In this document: positions 12,936-26,446 of the stretch, in pieces
How the letters are laid out: the number at the start of each line of letters is the position of its first letter
Numbering within the stretch: the stretch's first letter is position 1
Assembly: GCA_002633005.1 (NCBI GenBank)
Contig: NMRA01000264.1
Coordinates: 273,353-337,352 of the forward strand
Length of the DNA stretch: 64,000 bases
Reading direction: 5' to 3'
Source: Phoronis australis
Taxonomy: Eukaryota > Animalia > Phoronida
Notes under the pieces: model-generated
What the model was told of the DNA's origin: nothing
What the model saw: only the letters and a program-made list of their open reading frames with translations
Databases searched by the model: none
Position numbers and translations under genes: made by a program

Positions 12936-13854
12936 AATTTCAAGTGCAGTCACTTGGAATTAGTTCTTGACACTGAGCGCTCACTGCAGAATGAGGGTGT
13001 TTTGGAAAGCCAGTTTCTGAAAAAGAGCCCGCCACTTTTTTTTCTGGAGGAGCCTCTAGGGGCTCACGGAAATCCCTGATGAGCCAGTTCTATCACGCTT
13101 GGTTTTTTTAATGATGGTAACTTGTATGGAAATCATGACCTGCACAGTGTGAAGCACCCTAAAGGACTGTCGTAGTAGCTGTGCACCCCATGCTTTCAGT
13201 TGCATGGCAACCCGATTGACAAGAACATATGCATGTTTTGTCGACAATAAGGTAGCCACCACATATTGACTAAGATCTCAATTGTCATCACCCTTACACA
13301 GAGAGAGAGAATTTACGATGAAATCTCATACCCTCACTTAATCCGCCTCTGAGTTATGTAATAGGCATTTGTGTTCTTGAATGGGTTTTCTTTCAGGACA
13401 CCATACTTTAGTCCTTTGAGGGGGAAAGTGTTGTTATATCATTGCATCGGCCTAGGCAGTCGCTATTGTGGTAAAATTAGAGGTAAGATAGGCACTCAAA
13501 GTCCCACGTCCGTATCACCTTGAGCACTGTTCGTAAGTTACGGTACGTAGGCGCTACGTTCAAATGCCAAAAGGTGGTTGGCTGTGCCTACGTGCGTCTA
13601 CGCCCCACTACAGCATGGGGCCTAGGAGGTGGTTAGAATTACCCCCCCCCCCCGCCCCACACAAACACACACTCCGATTTTCTAAAGTTCGACTGTGCGA
13701 TGGTTGCCGACAAAAAAATGAAACTCAATATTGTGATGTTAATGCCGGCCATGAAGTAAATAGTCAGTCGCGTTTGCCTTTGTGAGTTCAGTGTATGTTG
13801 GATTACTGGAGCCTAAAAGCACTAGTGCCAGCGGTCCTCATCGACAGGATATTA

Positions 13855-14620
13855 CAGTGGCGGATCTAGGATATCACAAGGGGGGCCCAACATTTTGTCC
13901 GGCTGTAAGCATTTGCGCAAACTGAACCACGATTGTAGATGCGCATAGCACCGAATGGGTGGAGGTTGGGAGGGGGGTTTGCCCCCTCTCGCCTAGGAAA
14001 TTTTTCTGTTTTTACCTCTAAAAATCAAGCATTTTCCTTGATTCTTGAAGTATTATCCAAGAAAAAAACAACAAAAAACGAAGAACGTGCAAGTACCAAA
14101 GACTCGTACTCACGACCTGGCGGATAAAGGGGGCGTGCGTTACCACTACACTACCACGATTTAACTACTAATTACGTACTAATAGACCTACTTGTTTATG
14201 GTCCACAGCGTTTGCGGGCGAAACCTACTACTTTTTGTAATGCTTATTACACGTTTTATATTTTGTGCCATCAATTCTTAAAAAATGAAGTAAATTTTCT
14301 TCATTGCAGTGGAGCAGACGACGGAAACGCAGTCGTAGTGCGCAGCGCCACTGCCGGTCGCCTGGGATATCGCGGGAGAGCCTATACTTAGCCACAGTTC
14401 CGTTACGAATGCCCCGTGTTCCGAATTTGACACTTGAAATTGGATTTGAGCCCCCACCCACAACACTAAAACTGCACACATTTAAATCTTTTTCTTCGTA
14501 TAATTTTAATTACCGGGGTTTATTAATAAACTCAACATTTCCCTACGCTCTTACTGTTTTTTTTTGCGGCAGCCAAGGGGGGGGGGCCGGGCCCCCTGCC
14601 CCCCCCTAAATCCGCCTACG
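13855..14620. mobile_element. Non-autonomous DNA transposon with 5-bp TSD
   Basis: tatta|cagtggcggatctagg ... cctaaatccgcctacg|tatta; GC-rich subterminal G/C runs. Confidence 0.6.
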
Positions 14621-15055
14621 TATTATCAAAAAAAAAACAATCTAGAGTTAAGGTCCTTTCCAAGAGTTGATGACTATTCTAACTAGTGTAATTAGCTGCA
14701 TTAGTTTTGCAAGCATCAAGAACTAATGGAGGCACGATGCATTTTTGTACTGAACTCTGAATTTTATTGATCATTCACATTAGCATTATGGGCCTATAAT
14801 TAGGAACATTATGAGACCAATTCTATGAGCGTTAAGGCGAAATGCAGATTTAAATGAAGAAGAAATAATTTTTGGAGCGCGGCCTCGCGAGATCGGGATA
14901 CAATCATTGTATTCACAGCGCTTTGTACATAAATTTTCAACCAATTATAATTGGTGAATAAATTTGTGCAGTTATCGCAATCACGCCTTAGTTAGGCTTG
15001 TATATTATCACCAACACGACAATACAGAGCAATATTCAAAACTAATGTTACAGCC

Positions 15056-15288
15056 ATGCGCGTACCATATGGGGGGCTCGAATTTTTGAGAATGTGGACC
15101 TTTTACTATAAAGAAAACGGAGTACGTTCATAGCTATGAATTGTTTATTCGCCGGAAATTCCTGCCTTTATAGTGGACTTTTGTCTCGGGACTTTTTGTT
15201 TCTCTGAGGCGGACCTTTTTGCCCACTCACTTCGTCAAATGGGGCGTCGTTGGAGCCCTACTAGAGCCCCACATGGGTGCGCGCATCA
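15056..15288. mobile_element. MITE (catgcgcg.acc TIR family)
   Basis: catgcgcgtacca ... tgggtgcgcgcatc; related to the element at 56695-56910; TSD not clear. Confidence 0.5.
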
Positions 15289-17479
15289 AAAGATGACTGA
15301 ACAGCAAAATCGTTGTTCATGGGTGAGCGTTTGGATTCGTCGGTTGCCAACACGGACTCAGAGCTACGAGCAAAAGCAGCAAATTCAACCGTACCACTAC
15401 CGTGATGCTCACGAGATTTTACAGCTTGTTTAGACGACACAAAAATGAATTTGTAAGTGCGAATTTTCCACGTTAGGCTACTGATTTGGCTACTACCGCC
15501 GACGGAGAGCTGAGTTTGCCGGGTCGGTGAGCCCACGTGCATGTAAACCCGTCTCAAAGTGCAGACGAAATCACACTTCTGAAAACACCCTTCAAAATCG
15601 ACTGAAGATGCACGCATATATGCGCCAAAACAAGATGTTAAATGCAGATGGTTACTCCGCGCTTTTCGTCCTGGCCGGAGTTACTTCTATCAGGATTATT
15701 AGAGCCTACCGCGCGCGTCTGAAGTGCCGAAATGTCATAACCACGGGTGCTGATGCTCATGAGAGCCACAAACTGTGATAGCGGCGAAATCTGGAACCGG
15801 GGTCAAGACTTATCTTCTGAAAATGCAAATGGCCAGGAACGTAAACCGAAATGACCTCGTTCATTTCATTGACTAAACCACAGCACGTGTGGATGTTTAC
15901 AATATATTGGATATTCATGCGCATGGTTCAAGAATCAACAAAATGTTATGATTAATATTCAAATTTACCTTGAATTCACAAATAAAGAAACATTAACAAG
16001 ACTTAAAAAGGATAAAATATAAATTATGTATTAAAATATTTTTTCTGACTCTTTCTACAAATGACGAGGCTGTGAATTATTTTTTTTCTCGCAATACCAT
16101 TGTGCGCTGTAAGGTTTGATGAATGAACTGAAGAGGTTGCTGCGTGGTGGGTGTTCCATGTAAACTTGAATCTTGAGATCGCATCGCACTCTTACTCATC
16201 AAGATCAAAGTAAGTACACATTGTGCGCACATCGAATGCATTTGCACAAACCAGCTATGCGAAAAGCTGTCAAGTAGGCGTTATTTAGTTGAAACTCTCC
16301 TCTATCTAAGTGTGCAATATGGCCGTACGAAGCCCGGGTTGAGGCCCTCAGGGAGCGGCGTCTAAGGCAGATAAAGAGACACTAGAGCGGACATCTTCTT
16401 ATCACCAGCTAACGCATTGCAATAGGTATAATCTAAGAAGTAGTTTGGTCTGGGACAAACCACATGAGATAGAGGTAGGTGAGTAACAAAGTTGTGCTGT
16501 GAATGGTTGTGAACATATAGTTCTGCCCTACCAACCCGGGCATACAAATTACACATTGCGTGTGGATATCGTAGGCATACAGGCCGATAGCTCAGTGGCC
16601 GTAATGGAGGCTAATGGAGCTGTTCAACCGCTTTACTTTTTGGTTGTTAACTGCAGAATATGAATTATCAATGGAATTTACTCGCCTGCCACATGTTCAA
16701 AAAGGGTAGTATATACACTAATATGTTGCAACTTGTGTTGCCCATTGGTCAGCTGTCCTACATAATTTGCATTTATTACAAAATGAAAAAAGGAGATATT
16801 GTACTTTTTCAATTTATATGTTTGTACCTAATCTATGATTCACCATTATTGTTTTCTTGTTTATTTTGATCAAAAAGTAAATCGGCTAATCATTCACTGC
16901 AGGGTGATTGCATCAGTGCCTTCTCCTTTTATTTGGTGTCACTCCACATGCAATGTTTGTCTAGTGTAAACGTTCAGGTTTTGGTCGTTTTTGTCGCGGG
17001 TTGTTGGTAGTTGTCTATTGCTGATAGTTTACATATTCTTTGCGTTCAGGATGTCAGGAGTGAGTTTTTTGACAAGCCTGACTGACCTTACTCACCAGAC
17101 TTCAACTGGTCAAGAGTTAGTAGGAGGCAGACCTATACAATATCCATAATTTCATATGTATGGGATATATATGTATATATTTTACAATTCGTCAACAATA
17201 GTGTCCTTCGAAGGATCTGGATAACCTCATTTAGTTTCAGATTTATTTACAAGTGTTAGAAAAAGGTCATTTTGGCAATTACTTTTGTCCGAAGCTGGTG
17301 ACATTTTACATTTTACCATAATGTGGCACAGAGCTTGTGTTGAGAAGAGCAGCTGCTATTCAGTGCTATTGCAACTCAAGCCTTCGTACTGATGTCCCTT
17401 AGTTTGCATCTCTTGCAGACTCCTGCGTATTACGTGATTTGGCCGTAGGTACAAAACAAATTGAAAGGACTCTGTCACA

Positions 17480-17767
17480 CTGTCATTTCAGAGGGTATTA
17501 ATAAAAGCGTTGCCAAAATTAGCAATAACATTTTTAATACATTTAGGATGGAACATATAGTTCCCATTCGTCAAGCAAGGAACTATCTCAAGTGAACGAT
17601 AACTGAGCTGATGGCTTCTGTCACTGTCATTTCAGAGGGTATTAATAAAAGCGTTGCCAAAATTAGCAATAACATTTTTAATACATTTAGGATGGAACAT
17701 ATAGTTCCCATTCGTCAAGCAAGGAACTATGTCAAGTGAACGATAACTGAGCTGATGGCTTCTGTCA
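17480..17767. repeat. Near-perfect tandem duplication, 144 bp x2
   Basis: ctgtcatttcagagggtattaataaaagcg...gatggcttctgtca at 17480 and 17624. Confidence 0.92.
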
Positions 17768-18583
17768 AAATGATGCTTGGTCATTGTAAAGAAGTCTTCA
17801 CCCAAGTCAAACTCATTTCAATTTTGTCATTGGTTCCCTCTTTTCATTGTAAATGCACCCAGGTTACCACTCATTTCAGCCCTCAGTGGCCAAATATTTC
17901 AGTGCTGTCAAGTGTATGCCTGCAGTGATGTAAGGCATCTCCTGTACTTTTACTGAATTATTTAGAAATTAAATGTGATCACTTGAGAAATGTGTGTTCA
18001 ACATATGGGTGACTGTGGGTTTAATAACTGCAAGATACTCGTGAGACAGTTGTGGTTACTAATGTTTGCTTATGGAGCAGAAACTGTGAACATTTTAGCT
18101 TGACCAAGCAATCACTTCAGTAGCCGCCATCTTGCCATTATACAGGAGTAAAAACAGAGCTTACGAAGTACTCCCCTTTTTCATGAGTGTTTTGTGTGGT
18201 CTTTTGTGATTGTGCTTTTCTTGCACGACTCTTGCTTTATGTAACACGCCCCAGATTTAGTTATGTGGCTGTACCAGTCAGAAGACAGTACATGATTTTC
18301 AAGAAGTCTGCCGTCAATGGGCATTAGCGTGATTGACCGTTCAGATACATGTTCACCACCAACTTCAATTCTTTGTTTGTAAGCACTTTTTGAGTTCCCT
18401 AATTTAAATACCTTGGTCCGTATCCTGGATAAGAACTGTAAATTATGTGACTGCTTCTGAATAAATAAATTTGCTCTACCCATCCTTGTCCATTGAAATA
18501 TCTGTTTTTTCATTAAAAATTAATTATATTGAAAAAAGTTGATTAGCAGGCATTTCCAAATCAGTTTAGCTAATGTATGTTAA

Positions 18584-19080
18584 GGCAATTTCATACTGAC
18601 TTAACTCCGGTCTGAATGGAACGTCAACGTAAACAGCGCAGTTAACTGGACCATTCATTCTGGCTTCGGTAGTCAATGAACATCGAAGTAAACGGAGGGT
18701 GACGCTCTCGTCATCGAAGTTATGGCAAGGTAGCGCTGCATGCTAAGATTTTTTTCATTGTGACAATTTGGGAACATTTGCATGTGGTAATTGACATTAA
18801 ACTTATTTTTAAATTGGTTGCTTACTATTAGAGCAAAATATAAACAGCTGTTAGTGACGGCACTACCTTGTAATTGTTGACAATAACAGTAGCACCTGGC
18901 TATAATTTTGATTGGACCGAAGTTAACCGTTCATACTGCATGGCAGCTTTGACGCTGTGTTGTTAAATCCACCTGTTAACTGGGATGTTATTTGGAGCTG
19001 TTAACTTTGATCCAGTACTGGAGTTAAGCGTCCATACTGACTGCAACTCTCCAAACCATTGAAGTTAGTATGAAAGGCCC
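18584..19080. mobile_element. MITE, probably Harbinger-like
   Basis: taa|ggcaatttcatactgactt ... aagttagtatgaaaggccc|tt; imperfect TIRs. Confidence 0.5.
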
Positions 19081-19789
19081 TTTAGAAAACAAGTTAATTG
19101 GATGAATGCTAAATTGATCACCATATTCCTGTACTCTATAAACACAGGTGTATTATAATTTGATAGTATTACTGAGATCCAAAGTGTTGTCTGTTTCCAC
19201 ATTCAAAATTATGCAGTCATCATCCATTCTGAAAACTAAGCGTATCCTACCATCTTTTGTATGCATACAGGTTAAAATTACGCTTTCAGTTAACATTTGT
19301 ATTTCCATGTAATACAAGTGGCTGTATTTGGGTCAAACACATGGAAATATTTTATGGGGGTGTAACCCAAAGTCACAGTTGATTGGTTGATAGTCATTGG
19401 ACACCTGTCATAATATGATAATAAGAAAAAAACTAGTGTAAGGAAATATTGCCTATGGCTTTCACGAGCATCAAGTTTGTGGTCACGATGAAGGTAAAGG
19501 TTTTAACTGAACATTTGAACTAAAATTTAGGAATGCTATCATGCTAACACCTGTTTGAACGAGGGTGTGGTACTGAAGATTGCTAATCCTTTTAGTTTGA
19601 AGTGATATAGGACTCTCAAAAATGTCCAATTTTGGCCAGTTTCGGAGCACGGTATGCCGTAAATGGCTCATCCGATTCACTTGAAACATTCAGATACCAT
19701 GCTTTATGCAGTATTCCCCAAAGCGCTGTGAGGAATTATTTTTAAAATGTTCAATTTTTGCATAAGTAGCTATTAATAAATAGGACTTA

Positions 19790-20855
19790 CCGTATTCGTC
19801 CTAGTAAGTGCCCATGCCCCTTATAAGCGCCCCCACGTGTTTTCAGACTTCGCTAATATAAGCGCCTAGCCCATGATCGTGTATACATGCAAAAAATGCC
19901 TTACCTACAGTTCTAAAATTCTACAGTACCGTCTTCAATTTATCAATAATATCCGACACTGTCCTGAAAAAATCATTGTGCGTGGAATTTCTAGACCATG
20001 AGCCTCACCACTATGTCGGAATTTACCCATGACTATACACTTCAAACTTCCGCAGTGTTTCAAAAAGAGCGCAAAAGTTTTGCTGATCTTGCGAGGAACG
20101 TGTCCCACTATGGTCAGGCCTTTCAGAACGGACGCAGTGTACTTGTCAACGGGATTGTATTGTGTCTTTCCCGTACAGATCTCCAGATTTCTTTGTAAAC
20201 GTGAAAACTGCGAATCGAAGACTAATAACAAACTTGACCAGTGTTAAAAGCATGTGGCCAGTAAGCACGCGCTGCATACCTGTAGGCCTGCTACTAACTC
20301 TGATGGCACCCACACGCTCGTCACTCGGCACACAGATGCAGACGAACTTCAAAACAAACTTCACGTGACAACAACGTGTGTTTGTCCAGATTTTACTCGT
20401 GTTGCGGGGTGCGATCTAGTGCAGATTTGGACTTAATCTTCAGTTAGTCCTGACTCCACAGGAACTTAAAAATCTTAGGGACGTTATTTGGAAAAGTTAA
20501 GGAGGATTTTGGGTAATTTGTTGAGTCGAAACTGTTTTTATTCAAGAATTCAAGTTGCCTTATTGGCGATCGCGAGGCAGCGACACATCAGTCAGCAAGT
20601 TTTCACTCTGGGATTTCTGAACAATTTTCTGAAAAAGATTCTTAATTTAACAACGAAGTTTGATAGCAGTGCACCACAATTTTGTGGAAAGTCTGTCATA
20701 GGTTATAGATACGTCACAGAGCGTAAATTTGATGAATCCTAGGTTCCGATTTCACCCGTTTCGGAGACCGGGTTTCAAATGCCTTAGGCTACAATAAGCG
20801 CACTCCCGAAATAAATTTTTCTTAGCGCCTTAGGCGCTTATTAGGGAGAATACGG
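19790..20855 (-). mobile_element. Non-autonomous Tc1/mariner-pogo-like element carrying a frameshifted HIRAN-like domain (copy 1, both TIRs)
   Basis: TA|CCGTATTCGTCCTAGTAAGTGCCCA ... TAGGCGCTTATTAGGGAGAATACGG|TA. The minus strand reads SIRSFHVYKEIW, then after a frameshift NPVDKYTASVLKGLTIVGHVPRKIS...GLEIP.TMIFSG. Confidence 0.8.
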
Positions 20856-21694
20856 TATACATTATTTATGAAAAAATTGTTGCATAAAACAAAGCCATAA
20901 GAAAACTGTGACGGCTTGTTTTGAGATTTTATCTTGATGAATATTTATGTCATGAGAAGTTTGACCCAAAGTGATAGTTTAGAAAAGTGTTACAGTAACT
21001 ACTTTTTTGAGATTTTATCTTGATGAATATTTATGTCATGAGAAATTTGACCTAAAGTGATAGTTTAGAAAAGTGTTACTACTTTTTTGAGATTTTATCT
21101 TGAACACTTATATGATGAGAAATTTGGTCATGTTATTTTGCTATGGATGTACCTTTTTTGCGAAATTTTCCAAAAAGTCATGATCACGTGACCTAATTAA
21201 TGTCAGATTAAGAGGTCAAAAATCAAATTTTATGGAGTTTCTACTTTCAGAAAATATATACTTTTGTGGAGTTAAATTCTATTGTTTTGCAGATATTTGG
21301 CTAAATGTACCTACTTGTTGCTAACATCCTACCTGTCCCTTGCAGTGTTCATTAAAGTCAAGTAGAAATCTCAGAGCCTTGGAGCTGAAAAACGATATTA
21401 GGAACAATTTTCCCTATTAAGTCCTAAAGAATGATTTTGTGTTTTTGATCACTAATCAGAACTTCAAAGCCTTTGGAACATCAAAAAGTGCTCTATAACC
21501 TAATCCAGCTTTTCTTTTTTTGCAAAAACTTATTGTCTTAACATATTTGAAACAGTTGTTTTATAGAAGCTAAATAAAGTTATAAAAATGTTTAGCTTCA
21601 TTTTGACTTCTTAGCGTCACTAAGTTATTTGTTTTCTTTAACACAGAAGTGGCGTCAGTTCTCTCAAACAGTCGATATATTTAAAAAAGCAATA

Positions 21695-21863
21695 CCATAT
21701 TCGCCCTAATAAGTGCCCATGCCTCTATAAGCTCCCCCCACGTGTTTTCAAACTTTGCTAAAATAACGCCATGTACATGCGAAAAATGCCATACCTACTG
21801 TTCTAAAATTCTATAGTAACGTCTTCAATTTATCAATAAGATCCGACAGTCTTGAAAAAGTCA
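21695..21863 (-). mobile_element. Truncated copy of the CCGTA-TIR/HIRAN element
   Basis: TA|CCATATTCGCCCTAATAAGTGCCCATGCC..., collinear with 19790-19975. Confidence 0.8.
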
Positions 21864-24800
21864 AGTTATATTTGCGTACTGCTTTGAAGCATGAATGTGT
21901 ATGTGTGTTTTTGTTTAAGCGTTTACTTGTTGTTTTATTATGTTGTTTCATTAATGAAATTGATATTTTTGTGAACAAAATACTTAACTAAAAAAAGAAA
22001 AAATGCAGAAATGAAATATTCTGACATGCAAAATTGTTCTAGGCATTGACGACTGATGAACAAAAACATTTTGGAAATCTGTGGACCAATTGCATAGAAA
22101 TAAGCAAAGCCTCACAGTGTGTATGCCCAAACCACGAATGGAGATAGATACAATTGAAGTTGATTGGTTAGGCAGCAGCATTGTTGGGTAACTTACACGA
22201 AAAATTTTCATCAAACTTATTGTTGTTCTGCAGTAAATCAAAAAACCTGTGTCTGAAGAAACTTTTTTATCACATGAACTGGAATATGTTACAACACGAC
22301 TGGTTAATAATACCGAGTACCGGTATGTAATTTTTTATATCACATGGGCGAATTACAAAGTAGTGCAAAGTAAAAATCCATACGCCTTAATTTTATCGTC
22401 TGCAAAACACTCATACCAACAACCAAGCAATGCCGGAGTTCGGTGAAGGTTATGATTGACAAATCCGGCCCGCTTCAATATGACATCCAAAGCAGCAGCA
22501 TCATGTTTGTACTCCCAGTTGGAAGGACATGCAAACAACTTCTTGAACGGACTTGTCTTTGGTGGCAAATTTCATATTTACGTGAGACGAACCCTAACTC
22601 AAGAAACCAAGCAGTGAGACAAGCTGTGCTGTCTCAAGGTCATTTCAGTGCTCATGTGCAGGGAAGCCCTGCTGACTGTTATTTATAAACATTTGTTATT
22701 GATAAGTTTTAATGTTGTAACTTCAAAGAGTATTTATATTCTAACTTGAACTTTTGTTACAAAACCTAAATGCAATTTACAATTTTAAAATAAAATTATT
22801 AACAAAAAGTTACTGGGTTTACTTTATATTGCGCAAACGTGTTTTTACAAAAGTTGCATCGTGGTTGAAAGTTTTAGACACATCGAATTTTTCGGGAAAA
22901 AGGTCATTTTTACAGCAAGCCTCGGGATTTTGATGAAATTTCTAAGAGGTTTTGTCCGACCATGTCATAAACGTGAGACTTGTATAGGATTCTATATTTA
23001 CTTGTTCATGATCTTTACTTACACTAAACTTAATTTTTCGATCATGATTCTTTTATAATATTTTAAAATATGACATCATATGTTGAGCCAGGTATTGTTC
23101 AGATAGTCTTCAATATTTCAGGTGAGGATTTCTTGTTTATTAATACGGTAAATTCATACCTACCTGTCCCAGCACATGCTTTGTCTCCTGTTTGACATTC
23201 TTAACTCTGATCCTGAATTAGAATTGTTTTTAGTTTTAGTCTATTAAGCCTCGGGAATGGATCATTGCATTGATAGTAATTCAAAAGAAATTTCTTTAAA
23301 AATGCAAAAGGATGGTAAGTGGTATAATCATGAAAATTTTGAGACATCCATTTGAGAAAACAAATAAAGTTTGAGTCTAATACTGGAATAAAAACTTACA
23401 AAAATTAGCGACGTTGCATCCGCATCTCACAGACTTCAGCTTGGTTTGTGACTATCGTTATTCTGGCTAATTGGTGGCGTTTTGACCAGACAGCGCGGCA
23501 TTGATGTCAGAACATAATCCCATACGTGTATTAGAGTCAAACTTTATTTGATGGTAAATGGTCTAAATCAGAAGTTGATTTTTCAATGGAAGTCAGATTT
23601 ATAGTAGCATTATATATATGTTAGGCTGAATAAAAAATTGTGTTTTTAAACACACATTTTTAAAAAAGTACCATAAAAATGAAACGTGTAAAACGCAAAA
23701 ACGCTTGTGTTTAAAATTTCAGAATTCATGCCCGTTGCTTTTGCAACGTTCCAAATGTTGCATTCATTGGATATCATTGTTGGTGACTGTAATTTTTTTC
23801 ATTGTTTGAACTTGGCGATTTTGACTTTACCTAATTCTGATGCAGGGTCTCATCTAGTGGCCAGTTTTCAAAAATGACAGCTTGGATGGCGTGGTCAAGA
23901 GAGAAAAAAGACGGCATGTTTCAAGACAACATTGACAAAAACGACTGCTAATCGAAAACTAACATTTCTGCTTCTTATAAATTTTATTGAAACTTACAAT
24001 GTTGATGGTAAATATTCAGACATAGATTGAGATCACAGACTATTGCCGTTTGTTTCTACCATAGGTGTCACACTTACGATTGGCAATTGTTGGCAGCCAT
24101 GTTTTTTGGGGGAATAATTTCCTCTCAACTAAAATTTTATTGAAACACACAATTCGTTGTTTTAGTTCAATAAAGATTTAGGCATAAATCGAAATAATGG
24201 ACTATTACCATCTATTTTTACCATAAATGTCACACTGACGATCAGCAGATGGTGGCATGCAGTTTTTTTTTAGGGAATGCTTCCCTGTCATGTGACGTCA
24301 GGGTGACCTCATACGATGCTTAATGCCAATCTCATGAAGTTGGATACCCACTTTTCAAATCTTAGATGACCCCCTGTTCTCACATCTTGATTCAGCTCTC
24401 CTCTTGGATAGGTAAAAAGGAATTCTATTGTTGACCTTGTATTCAATTGGTAGGGCCACTGAAACATTTCTCAGTTGGGAAGTGGAGATCAATTTATCAC
24501 CTACTCGTGTAATAATAATAATAATGTTTATCTTTGCAGCAGTACAACTGTAGGTCCGGATGGCTATTAAAGACACGTTGTCAAACTTAAATCCCTTGAA
24601 GTCCCATGAGACGAATCTTACGCTAACATTTAAAGTTTTGTTACCCCAATGCCTAAGCAAGCCTCAGCCAGATAGTGACTAATCGATTCCCAAGTTTATT
24701 CTTCTGGCTTAGCTGCGATACTGAAGAATACCTATTTGCTAATTTCTCGTATAATGCATCGATTTTAAAAATTCAGACGAACAGTACTTTCTTTTCGATC

Positions 24801-25554
24801 TTAAAAACTGTCATTTTGGTCGTTGGCATTACTTAATGTTTGTTTTTTTGGCTTTGAATCTTGTACGCTAAACAGGTGTCTTGGTTTATGACTGCAATTG
24901 CTAGCAGAGCATTGAACTGCTGTTGTGGGGTTTCTAGATTCGATTTGGCACTGAGACTGATTTCAGAAATCACCTTTCTTGCCAATAATGTCCTTTTATG
25001 CTGTTGTTTTAAGTAGAAGACTTTTGGGAAGCTGTTCCGGTAACTATCTCTTTGTTGCCTCAGGATGTTGAAAAAAATTGGGCTTTCATTCTTTCTTTTC
25101 ATTCAACACCAGTGTTCTTCCTTTATTTGTTCAAACATCATTTGTTGAAAAGTTCTGATCCAAGTGTGGAAATCTTGAAACATGTCTGAAAAGCTCTGAA
25201 CCTTTTTGAATCTTGAGGCAAGGCAAATGATTGAAATAGTGTACATTTAGTCAAGCATGTAGGGTAAATTGTCTTCAAATTCGAACAAAAATAATGACTA
25301 AGATTGTATTTTTTGGTTTTTCAAATGTTCACTGTATTGCTAAAAATGTTCAAATTTCATTGTGTGTTTCTTGATGACATCCGTACTAAGTTTTCAAATA
25401 ATCAAGTAATATTGTCTTCTTGTTAACTGTTGTCGAAAATTTTGATAAAATATAACTTAAGCGTTTTACCATATTTTGTTCTAATTTGAAGAAACTTTAT
25501 CGTACTGATTTTTTCCATTTGCTGTAAAAAATGATTGTGAAAATAATGTGTAAC

Positions 25555-26446
25555 CAGGGCCCGGTCTCTAATCTTTGTACTCGAAACGAACTCGAAACTA
25601 TTTTTGGCAATTTCTCTGCTCCCTTTGTGCAAACTTAAGATAATTGGTTATCGGACTGTGCTCGAATACATTATAGTTTATGCATAGGAGTTTCTAGTTC
25701 AAGTTTGCCCTTGAAAACCCTTATATTCGTGCTACAAACTCGAGTAAAAACTCGAAATTTCGAGTTCAAACTCGAACTTATTGCTTTAATATTGGGTTTA
25801 CAAACAGTGAACTAAGGGCAATAAATTATCTAAGTAAGTTATTGTGTACTAGAGCATAGAATAATAGACACTTATCTTGATTTCGCCCAAAAGTAGAGTA
25901 GAAAATGCCAAACCTAATTTCAAGTTCCATTTCGAGTAAAAAGATTTGAGACCGGGCCCAGGCCTTCATGCAGCGTACGTCTTGGGCTTCCAAATGGACG
26001 CCCTAGCGCTAATTTGGACGCCCTGGCAAGGACTCCCAATGTATCATTTGGACGCCCACTGTCAATAGGAACCTTTCAAGTTTGGACTTGCACATTGTAA
26101 TGAATACTAGGAAGCCTCTGAAGGCTCAAAGTGGGGGCTCTTTTTTCAAAGCAGGAAGAAATATACAATGTATATACAAAGTATATGCATTGTTGCTATT
26201 TTGGCACTTGATTGACAGCATTGTAAAAATCTTGGTCTACACATTTTTTTAGTAAAAATGCTCACCATAGAAGGCTGTTTTATAAACTTAGATGTAAAAA
26301 CCTTGATCTATGCAATTTTTTGTAAAAAATGTGTGTTTGGGGGTATTGCTGGGGGTGGGGGGTTTCGCGTCGGAATCATGGACGCCCTGGAATATTGGGA
26401 ACCCCATTTTGGACACCCTATTTTCAAAATCCTGGATAAAGGCCTG
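25555..26446. mobile_element. hAT-like non-autonomous element with 8-bp TSD, interrupted at its left tip
   Basis: TSD tgtgtaac at 25547-25554 and 26447-26454; termini caggcctt...aaggcctg once the nested MITE is removed. Confidence 0.75.
25558..25958. mobile_element. Harbinger-like MITE nested in the hAT TIR
   Basis: cag|ggcccggtctctaatc ... gatttgagaccgggcc|cag; 3-bp CAG TSD. Confidence 0.75.

Noticed and set aside
16582-16620. tRNA-like 5' end GGCCGATAGCTCAGTGG
   Set aside because: No T-arm/B-box or acceptor-stem complement follows.
22030-22700. Possible piggyBac C-terminal Cys-rich remnant
   Set aside because: Too degenerate; no TIR/TTAA pair or catalytic motif could be confirmed.
24355-25330. 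Possible hAT transposase remnant on the minus strand (AESRCENRGSSKI)
   Set aside because: Only a vague resemblance to the dimerisation motif, with no supporting blocks.
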